Source: Cyanophora paradoxa CCMP329 (lineage: Eukaryota > Plantae > Glaucophyta). Taken from it: a DNA stretch of 64,000 bases. Under the pieces are notes generated by a model. That model did no database searches. It was not told the DNA's origin and saw only the letters and a program-made list of their open reading frames with translations. Position 1 is the first letter of the stretch. Each line of letters starts with the position of its first letter. Below, in pieces: positions 1-9,566 of this stretch. Location: contig QPMI01000521.1 in assembly GCA_004431415.1 (NCBI GenBank), positions 124,001-188,000 of the forward strand, given 5' to 3'. Position numbers and translations under genes: made by a program.

Positions 1-21
1 CCGCCCTCGCCCGCCCGGCAG

Positions 22-1047
22 GTCGCGATCCAGCTCAACGACACGCACCCGACCATCGGCATCCCGGAGCTCATGCGCATCCTCATGGACCTCGAGGGCC
101 TCTCCTGGGACGAGGCCTGGGCCATCACCGAGGTGCCCCCTTCTTCTTCTCCCCCCCTCTCTTTTTTCTCCTTTTTCTTCCTCGCTGACCCGCTTTCGTT
201 CTTCTGTCCGCAGGCGACCTTCGGGTACACGAACCACACCGTGCTGCCGGAGGCCCTCGAGAAGTGGAGCGTGCCTCTCTTCCAGTCCCTCCTCCCCCGC
301 CACCTCCAGGTACCCCCCTCCCGTTTGGTTCCCCCCTCTCCCCGCTGACGCGTACCCCGGCAGATCATCTACGACATCAACTGGAAGCTCATGCAGGCGG
401 TTCAGGCGCGGTACCCCCGCGACTACGACCGCATGTCGCGCATGTCCATCATCGAGGAGGGCGACACCAAGGTATTCACCGTACCCCCCGCGCTCCCCCG
501 CCTGGCCTAAGCCAAACGCGCGCAGAGCATCCGCATGGCGAACCTCGCCGTCGTCGGCTCGCACGCGACGAACGGCGTGGCGGCCCTCCACTCGGAGCTC
601 GTCAAGAAGAACCTCTTCCCCGACTTCGTCGAGTTCTACGGGGCGCAGCGCTTCCAGAACAAGACGAACGGCGTGACGCCGCGCCGCTGGCTGCAGCAGA
701 TCAACCCGGCGCTCACCGCGACCATCTCGAAGTGGCTCGGGACGTCCCAGTGGGTCGCCAATCTCGAGCTCCTCGCCGGCCTCCGCAAGTTCCAGGACAA
801 CAAGGACCTTCAGAAGGAGTTCGAGGTCCGTCCGGCTCACCTGATCTGATCCGAGCTGCGTGATCTGATCTGATCCGATCTGATCTGATTTCTGCGCAGG
901 ACGCGAAGCGGGAGGCGAAGGTGAAGCTCGCGGCGTACATCGAGAAGGCCAACGGCGTCAAGGTCTCCCCCGACGCCCTCTTCGACGTCCAGGTCCGTCT
1001 AGTACCCCTCGCGCCTTCACGTACCCCTAACCCGCCCTTTTTCGCAC

Positions 1048-1087
<40 letters not shown>

Positions 1088-2720
1088 AACATCCTCGGTG
1101 CCCCCGCTTTCCCTCGCACCAGCTTGGCTCGGCTCACTCGGCTCGCCCCGCAGGCATCATCGCGCGGTACAACAAAATCAAGTCGATGTCGCCGCAGGAC
1201 CGCAAGAACATCCAGCCCAAGGTGCGCGCACCGCGCGGGCCCGAACCCTGGCGTCCTCCCAGCCGACGCGCCCGCGCGCTCGCTCGCCCGCAGGTCTGCA
1301 TCCTGGGCGGGAAGGCGGCGCCGGGGTACTACATGGCGAAGCTCATCATCAAGCTGGCGAACGGCGTCGGCAAGCTGGTCAACAACGACCCCGACGTCGG
1401 CGACCTCCTCAAGGTCCGTCGTCGCAGTAGTACCCCCTCCCCCCCCCCCCCCCCCCCCAGAACCACCACGCCAACGCACCACCGCGCCGCCGCCGCCAGG
1501 TCGTCTTCCTGGCGAACTACAACGTGTCCCTGGCGTCCGTCATCATCCCCGCGAACGACATCTCGGAGCACATCTCCACCGCCGGTCCGCTCAGCTCGGC
1601 TCGCTCCGCTTAGCTTTTCTCCGCTTATTAGCTCCGCCCCGCTCCGCCCCGCAGGCACGGAGGCGTCGGGCACGTCGAACATGAAGTTCGTCATGAACGG
1701 CGGCCTCATCATCGGCACCCTCGACGGCGCCAACATCGAGGCCCGCCTTGATCCTCCTCCTCCCCTCCCCCATCCCCTCCTCTCAAGGGTGATCTGATGT
1801 GATCCGGCCTCAGATCCGCGAGGAGGGCGGCGACGACACCATGTTCATCTTCGGCCTCCTCACCGAGAAGGTAGCGAGCGCCCCCGCCTTTCTCTCTCAG
1901 AGCGCGTTCGGGCGCTGACGAGGCCCGTCCCTCCCTCCCTCCCGCACAGGTCGCCGAGGCGCAGCACAAGATGCGCTTCGACCCGCCCCCGATGGACGGC
2001 CGCCTCCGCAAGGCCCTCGACCAGATCCAGTCGGTCCGCGTCTGCCCCCGCGCGCCTCTTCTTCGACGCCCGGCCCACGGTCCCCTTTCCCGCACGCAGG
2101 GCATGTGGGGCCCCATCGACAAGCTCCAGCCCATCCTCGACATCTTCAACAACCGGTACCCCACCCCGCACCGCCCTCGTCCGCGGCGTCGAGCGCCGTA
2201 CCCCCCGCAGCAACGACAACTACATCGTCGCCGCGGACTTCGCCTCGTACATGGACGCCCAGGTACCCCCCTTTCCCTTGGAGCAAGCGGAAGAAGCGGC
2301 GCCCTGATTCGCGTACCCTTCCCCTACAGGACGAGATCGACAAGACGTACAAGAACAAGGCGGAGTGGTACCGCCGGACCATCAAGGCCGTTTCCGGCAT
2401 GGGTACGCAAAGCCCGACCCGGGGGCCCCGGGCCAAGAGCGCGGCGGCGCCTGACGGGTCGCCCCTCCCTCCTTTCTTTTTCGCCGCAGGCAAGTTCTCG
2501 TCGGACCGCACCATCCACGAGTACGCCAAGGACATCTGGGGCATCGAGGTGCCGTACCCCGGCCCGATTCCACCTCCGTACCCCCCGTCGCCGTCCGACC
2601 GCCGCCGCGCCCGCCGCGCAGCAAACGCCGTTCAACCCGTCGAACATCGTCTACCGGAAGCCGCAGTGGTCCGACTCGGCCGACAACCTTGCCGGCCTCG
2701 TCGGCGGCATGCGCACATGA
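22..2720 (+). CDS. Glycogen/starch (alpha-glucan) phosphorylase, 3' portion; about 17 exons, 5' end upstream of window
   Basis: Spliced exons give [98 protein letters not shown], the PLP-lysine motif [19 protein letters not shown] and [17 protein letters not shown]. Stop TGA at 2718-2720. Confidence 0.97.
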
Positions 2721-3035
2721 GCCGCCCGGGCGCCTTGATGATTTCTCGTCCCTCAAGCTTCACTTTCTCCTGTCCAGTTCTAGCTGTGTAATTTTGTTTA
2801 GACACCGACAGTGCATGTTCCCTCTACAGCGTTTCAGTCATCCTGTGTGAGATTGACAATTAAAAAAGCAGCTTTTCAAAGCGAATATTGATCGAGCCAC
2901 AGATTGCTTGGGGCCCCACTGGCGCTCGGGATCCACATCGACATGAATATTACTCGTATACACATGATCTGCCTGTGCCTCTCCGATCCTATACAGCTCT
3001 GGCTAGCTAGATAGCTCGCTACGCGCAGGAAATCA

Positions 3036-5512
3036 TCAGAAGGTGTCCGCGGGGGCGGCCGAGGCGACGGGGAGGTCGGCGGGGGCGGCGGCAGGGGCGA
3101 CGGCCGAGGAGAGCGCCGGCGTGCTGGCGGCGACGGATATGCTGCCGGTCGAGACGCGCGCGGGGTCGTCGCGCCGCAGCTCGGGCCGCTCGCGCGGCGT
3201 AGGGCCGAGCTCCGGCGTCCCCGGCTTCCGGAGCGGCGGCAGCTCCCTCCGCTCGGGCGGGGCGGCGCGGCCGGCGCCGGGGACGCCGGGTCGAACTGCG
3301 CCGCGGCGGAGCTCGAGGGCGAGTGGGGCGTCATGCCCGGCAGCGGCATGAGCCGCCGGTCCGAAGGGCCCGCCTCCTGCCGCTCGCGCTCGCGCTCGCC
3401 CGAGGGCCCGCTGCGCCGTCCCGGGCCGGCGTGGAGGGCGCCTCGGCCGCGGCGAGGGCGCGCCTCGCCGAGGGCCGATCCCGCGCCGCCTCCTCCTCCT
3501 CGCCCCCGCCCCCCCTCCTGTCCACGCGCTGCATCTCCAGCTTGGGACTCGAAGGGTCCATCGCGACCTGCGCCCGGCCTCGCTCGCTCGCTCGCTCGCT
3601 CGGGCGGGGCGGGGCGGGGTGCGCGGCACCTTGAACTCGACGGCCTCGCGCTTGGCCTCCTCCCCGTTTGCGTTGGACGAGGAGGCGCCGCTGGCGCGCG
3701 ACGCGGCCTCCCCCGGGGACGACGAGGGCCCCGCCGCGCCCGCCCCGTCCGAAGGCGACGGCTGCGCGGCCAGCAGCTTCTCCTCCTCCGCCTTCTTCCG
3801 CGCCGCCTGCGGGGGGCGGTCAGCGGACGAGGCCGGCGGCGGCGCGCGCCGCCTGCTGGGCCTGCTGGAGACGCGCCTCCTCCTCCTCCTGCTTGCGCTG
3901 CGCCTTCATCGCCTCCACGCGCTTTCTCCTCTCCTCCTTCTCCCGCGCCTTCCTCTCCCGCTGCTCCTCCTGCGCCCCGCACCGCACCGCACCGCACCGC
4001 TGAGCGCCGGCCAGCGCTAGCCGGCAGCACTAGCCAGGGCAGGGCGGACCGTCTCGCGGGCGACCCGCTCATCGAGGGCCTTGTAGTCCGAGGAGATGGA
4101 GTCCACCATCCACTTCAGGCCTGCGCGCCGCCCGCGCAGTTAGCTCGAGGTCGGGCGGCGGGGAAGGAGGAGGAGCAGGCAGCGAGAGGGAGAGGAGAGG
4201 GAGGGAGGCGGGGGTGCTGTGCCCATCAAGCGAAGAGCGGGGCGCGGAGGCTGCGCGCCCCGCCCTTTAGAAAACGGGTCTAGATTCCGTATGCCCGCCC
4301 TGGGTTGTTTGGCAGGCCGATGCACAGCGGCCGCCAGACCGTAAGGGAGGGCTATAAAGCGAGGGGAGGGAGATAGGTGCTGTGCCCATCAAGCGAAGAG
4401 CGGGGCGCGGTGGTAACACGCCCCGCCCTTTAGAAAACGGGTCTAGATTTCGTTTGCCCGCCCTGGGTTGTTTGGCAGGCCGAAGCACAGCGGCCGCCAG
4501 ACCGTAAGGGAGGGCTATAAAGCGAGAGGAGGGAGATAGGTGCTGTGCCCATCAAGCGAAGAGCGGGGCGCGGTGGTAACACGCCCCGCCCTTTAGAAAA
4601 CGGGTCTAGATTTCGTTTGCCCGCCCTGGGTTGTTTGGCAGGCCGATGCACAGCGGCCGCCAGACCGTAAGGGAGGGCTCCGCCCAAAGAAGAGCGAGAG
4701 AAAGAGAAAGGAAGGAAGGAGGGCGGGGCGCGCGGGGCTCACCGAGCTTGACGTTCTCGTCGATCTGCTGGCCTTCCTTCGTGAGGGCCACGCACGCCTT
4801 GATGTTGTAGCGGCTCTGCTTGATCTCGGCCAGGCTCATCTTCACGGCCACGTCCGCCGGCGAGAGCCGCGCGGGGAGGTCCTGCTTGTTCGCGAAGCTG
4901 CGGGCGCCTGAGCGCTGGGCGGCGCGGAGGAAGGGCGCGGCGGGCGCACATCAGGATGGGCTTCCCGGCTAGGAGCGGCTCCTTGAGCGAGTTGAAGAGC
5001 GCGCTCTTCGAGTCCTCCAGGCGCGCCACGTCGGCCGAGTCCACCACATAGATTGCGCCGTGCACCTGCGCCGGGGGCGCAGCCCGGGTCAGCGCCCGCG
5101 CACGTAACGTTGGCGGGGCCAGCTGGGGGCACCTCGGCGTAGTAGCTATTCCAGATTGAGCGGATTCTTGGGCCGCCGCCCACATCGAAGATCTTCACTA
5201 CGTAGTTGCCGTTCCGCACTTCTTCTGTGTTGAAGCCCACGGTGGGGGCGACGAACTGGGCAATCTCTGCGGGAGTCGAGGGTGAGGCGCAGGCCAGGGC
5301 GCGGCCAAGAGAGGCTGCGAGCTTAGCCGGGGCACGAAGCAGCCCCCAGCAGAGCAGAGACAGCAATCTCGCGGAGGAACTGGCGCACCGCCCTTGAGCG
5401 CTTTCAGGATTGTGGTCTTGCCTGCGCCATCAAGCCCAATAAGGATGATGTTTATCCTGCGCTCCCGCTTCTTCTTGATCCAATTGTAAAAGTTCTTCGC
5501 CAGGCCGTACAT
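3036..5512 (-). CDS. ARL13: ARL13 (ARL13B-like ciliary small GTPase) with coiled coil and low-complexity C-tail
   Basis: MYGLAKNFYNWIKKK...GLDGAGKTT (G1), APTVGF (G2), DVGGG (G3 with the ARL13-type Gly in place of the catalytic Gln), FANKQD (G4), GLKWMV, then an E/K/R-rich coiled coil. The tail (3036-3567) needs frame changes, so the stop position is uncertain. Confidence 0.92.
4215..4353 (-). ncRNA. Box H/ACA snoRNA copy C (variant H box), intronic in ARL13
   Basis: Same guide strands and ACA (4220-4218). H-box position reads AUACGG. Hairpin-2 apex differs but pairing is kept. Confidence 0.7.
4378..4516 (-). ncRNA. Box H/ACA snoRNA copy B, intronic in ARL13
   Basis: Near-identical to copy A. 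H box AAACGA (4455-4450), ACA at 4383-4381. Differs in the hairpin-1 apical loop. Confidence 0.85.
4541..4679 (-). ncRNA. Box H/ACA snoRNA copy A, intronic in ARL13
   Basis: Hairpin, H box AAACGA (4618-4613), hairpin, ACA+3 nt. Both 3' guide strands start 14 nt upstream of their box. Pockets are complementary to LSU rRNA CUGGGUU-U-A-GACCGU and AAGCGAA-U-GA-UUAGAGG. Confidence 0.85.
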
Positions 5513-5884
5513 GGCCTAGCTGCGCAAGATGCAAGCTCTCCGAAGCTTCGGCAGCTTTATTCTGCGGAAATCTGCTGTGGGCGCTGTGGTACGAGCTTCA
5601 CTGCGTTGGGTCGGTCGGGGGTACGCGCTCACTACGTTCGGAGGGGGGAGCGGCAGGGGGGGCAAGCGTTGCAACTGGCCCGCGTCGGTTTGGTTTCGGG
5701 CGCGGCATCTGGCGCGGTTTCAAGCGCTTCGCTGCGTTTGACAACAGAAACCGCGCCGCTTTTGAGCGCGCTGCCAGCTACCCGACGCGTGTCGCCCGCG
5801 CGCGGCCTGCAGCGCCGTGCAAGCAGCCTTGCGCGCTCCCAGCTAAGCCGGGCGCATCGCTGCAGGCGTAGCTCCAAGCGTCCG

Positions 5885-8800
5885 ATGCCTTTCCAGGCGG
5901 AGCTCTACACCAGCGGCGAGTTCAGCGATGTGCTGCTGTGCATCAGGGGTGCGGGCTACGAGCTGCGGCGGAACCTGCATCGGCTCGTTCTTAGTCGGTC
6001 TCCATGGTTCCGGTGCGCCTCGTGCACAGCGCATGCGCTCCGCGCTGACGGGGCGCAGCGCGATGTTCCTGCGCTGGGACCGCCGCACGGAGGTGGAGCT
6101 GGATTTCACCAGCGAGCCCAGTATGACGCGCGAGGCGCTCCTCACGTGCCTGCGGCGGCTGTACGGCCCCGTGCCGCTCCCGCCAGATTTCTCCGGTGTC
6201 TCCGCGCTCCTCGGGCCCGCACTCTACCTCCAGGTCGAGGATTTGATTGAAGAGGTGCGTGCGCCGGCCGCCGGCCGCCGCGGCCCGAGCGCAGTGCAGC
6301 AGCGCGCCTGACCGGCAGCATGCATTCAGATCGTGGCGGACGTCGCCGGTCGGCTGGAGCGGGCGCGGCCGGCCGAGTGCGGCTCGACGCTCGCTGCCGT
6401 CGCGGAGCTCGCCGCGCGATACGACGTGGACGCCCTCACGCAGGCACGCGCGGGGCTCTCCTGATTCAATGATTTTCGAATTTGAATTTAAATTTGAACC
6501 GGGATTCGATCCGCAGACGGTGCACAGCTGGGTCGCGTGCCACATCGAGGAGCTGTCGAAGAGCCCGGCCGTCTCGTGGTCCGCGATACCACCCACGCAC
6601 CAGAGCTAGAGATTTGAATTCGATCCGCCTGAATTTGAATCCGACGCCCCGCCAGCATCGCTCCGGAGTTCATGGCCGAGCTCCTCGCCGACGGTGCGGC
6701 CGCGCCCGCCGTTACCCCCTCGCTGTCGGTGACACGTTACCCCCCAGACTCCGCGATGGTCGCGGACGAGATGGAGAGGCGAGCCGCGTCCCGGGCACCG
6801 CACCGCGCCGTACCCCCCTCGCCCCGTCCCCGGGCTGACTTCTCTGTGCCGCGCCCGCGCAGATACCGCGTGGCCGGCCGCTACCTGCGGGCGCTCTCAG
6901 CGGCGGCGAGGGCCGCGGGGCCAGACGCCAGCCCGGCCGCCGCGGCCCTGGCCCTGGCGCCCCGCGGCGGTCCGGCCCCGCCGCGGCGGCGGTGGCCCGC
7001 AGCCTGTCGGCCTCGTTCGACCGTACCCCCCTGGACGAGAGCAGCGAAGCCAGCGCTAGCGAGGCGGAGGAGCCCCGGGTACAGCGCGAGGACCGGGGGG
7101 ACGAAGACGCGGCGGGGGACGGGGAGTCCTTCGGCTGGGCCTCGAGCGATGAGGAGGAGGAGGCGGCGGCCGGCCCGCCCCCGCTCGTGGACGGGGGGTA
7201 CAGCGGCGAGTCGCGCTCGTCGTCGCTGGCCCCCGAGGACGGGGAGGAGGCGGCGGGGGCGGCCTCGGCGCCGCCGCTGGCGGCCCTCGCGGACCGTCTG
7301 ACGCTCTCCGAGCGGCCGGCGGGGGCGGAGGCGGAGGCGGCGGCCTCCTCCTCCTCCTCCGCCGCTCTGGACCCCCTCGCCCGCCTCGCCCGCGCCCGGC
7401 GGCCCTTCAAGCGCACCCGGCGGCCCTCGGCCGGCCTCGCCCCGGCCGGCTCGCACCCCTCCACGCCCTCACGCGCCACCGCCCGGCCCTCCCCGGCCTC
7501 CACCCCCACCGCCCCCGGCCGCAACGACCCCGAGTTAGTGTCCATTCTCAGGACGGGCTCGGGGGTAGCCTCCGCGGCCGACGTCGACGAGGAGGACGAG
7601 GGACCCGGTACCCCCGCCAAGCGCAAGACCCCCCTCTCCCTTCCCCTGCGGGCCTCCCGCCTCACGCCCTTCTGCGTACCCCCGCCCGCCCCCGTCTTCC
7701 TCCCCCTCGGCGAGAGCGACTCCTCGGAGGACGGGTCGGGGGCGCCGTACCCCCCCGCCGCCTCCCCCACTCTGCCCCGGGCCCCCCCCCGCCGCCCCTC
7801 CGTCGTCGACATTGCGGTGCGCCGTGCACGTACCCTCCCTCTTTCCTATTCCTGAACCCCCCAGCAGTCCGGCCCGACCTCGCGGGCGGTCGACATCCGT
7901 AGCCCCGTGGCGCGGCGCCCCCGCCCGCCCCTCTTCGTCTCCTCGCCCCGCCGCGGCGGCCCCGCCTCGCCCTCCCCCTCCGGCCCCCCCTCTTTCGCCG
8001 GCCTACCCTCCCCCTCCCCGTTCGCCTCGCCCCTCCGCCCCGCCCCGCCCGCCCGCTCCCCGGCCCGCCCCACCGACCCCACGCTTCCGTTATCCGCCTC
8101 CCTGGAATCGAACCCGGACCTCCGCGACGCGGCTGCGGCCGTCCTCTCCCCCCTCCGCCTCCACCACCTCTCGGCCCTCGAGCTCGACGAGGTGCCGCGT
8201 ACCCCCTCTCTGAACCCGAGCCCCGCGTCTGATCGATACCGTGTACCCAGATCGAGAGGGACGGGGCCGTCGACCGCTCCAGAATCGACGACGCGTACCG
8301 GTGCGCGCCCTCCTCGTACCCCCATTCACCAAAATTCGAGTCCCCCCCGCAGGACGCTTGTGCGGGCGCGTGCGGGCCTGACGCCCCTCGAGGGGGCCCG
8401 CTTCGCGTTCGAGGTACCCGGGGTCGCCTCCCTCGCCCCCTCCACCCCCGCCGTGCGTCCCGCCCCGCTCTCTCGGCCTGTATGTACCCCCCTTGACCTC
8501 CCCCCCATGCAGTCCGGGCGCGAGTTCGAGTACGGCGGGTGCCTCTGGGACGTGATCGTCTTCCGAGGCCCGCCGGCATCGGCGGGGCCCGCGGGGCCCT
8601 GCGGGGGGGCCCCCGGCGGGGCTGGCGACCCCCTCTGCCTCTACCTGCGCCGCAAGGAGCGCCCCGGCGACTCCGGCGAGCCCCGCCTCCGATTCCGGTA
8701 CGGTACCCCTAACACGCCTCCGCTGTACCCCCACCCGCGCGCCTCACGCCGTTGGGCCCGGGCAGGTTCCACGTGCGCAGCGGGCGGGCGGCCTGGTCCT

Positions 8801-9013
8801 CCCGCCTCCTCGAGGGCGCCTTTGCCTCGCGCACCATCTGCGGGGGCCGCTGCATGGCCTTCTCCCAGGTCCGCGTACCCCGTGGATGCTCCTCCCCCCC
8901 CCCAGTTCCCCATAACCCGTACCCCGCAGCTGGCGTCGGAGAGCCTGCTGACGCCGTCGGGCTCCCTGCGCGTGGCCCTTTCTGTCTCGGACATCGGGCC
9001 GGCCCGCTTTTAA
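5885..9013 (+). CDS. BTB/POZ-domain protein with long Pro/Ser-rich middle and a C-terminal MATH-like beta domain
   Basis: MPFQAELYTSGEFSDVLLCIRG...NLHRLVLSRSPWFRAMFLRW...ALLTCLRRLYG...ALYLQVEDL is a BTB pattern. C-terminus reads SGREFEYGGCLWDVIV...LCLYLRR...LLTPSGSLRVALSV, stop TAA 9011-9013. Confidence 0.8.
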
Positions 9014-9566
9014 GATCCGGTTCAACAGTTCCGCATTTCAATTTTCAATTTTCGATGCGCGGAGATGCTCATGATCATTCATTCCGCTGCACTAGTTGCT
9101 GCAGAGTAAGCCTCATGCGAACATATTACATGTACATGTCGCCTTAAATGCTAGTCATTGTCATTGTGTCGCCAGAACTTCGGAATTGTGTTATTGTGTT
9201 CTTATTATCTGTAAACGGTATAGCTCTAGCTATAGTTATGTTACTTCAGGCTAGATATCGATTGTAATTAATATCCTCTAGATCTACGTGTATAACTTGA
9301 CGTCGACAGGCATGCAAATTCGTCAGAATTTGAAAATTTGAACAATCTTGAATTTGTCAATATGGGACCTCCGGATCCCCGCGCTCCGAGGCGTGCGAAT
9401 AGAGAAGCCTGGCCGCCGGGAGACACGTCGAGGTCCTATCGTAGCCGCTATAGCTCAGCGGCTACTGAAAGACTCGTATCCGTCGAAAATTGCAGTGCAA
9501 TTGCAACTGCAGTACAACGTAAACATCCAACACTGTTTACTTCAATGCCCCAAAAACACGTGCACC

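Larger units (their letters stand above)
4214..4679. repeat. 163-bp tandem repeat, about 2.9 copies, inside the 622-nt ARL13 intron 4121-4742
   Basis: GTGCTGTGCCCATCAAGCGAAGAGCGGGGCG recurs at 4214, 4377 and 4540. Confidence 0.98.

Noticed and set aside
2737-2800. TGATGA as the C box of a C/D snoRNA
   Set aside because: It lies in the phosphorylase 3' UTR, with no suitably placed CTGA D box or terminal stem.
3036-3567. Programmed frameshifting or pseudogenisation in the ARL13 tail
   Set aside because: The frame changes fall in GC-rich runs, and similar slips occur elsewhere in the window. Assembly indels or unresolved small introns are more likely, and the GTPase domain is intact.
4214-4679. 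163-bp repeat as a CRISPR array, or as a tandem promoter (CTATAAA in the spacer)
   Set aside because: There are no unique spacers or cas genes and the context is a eukaryotic intron. The TATA-like word is on the strand opposite the host transcript. The H/ACA model explains the structure better.
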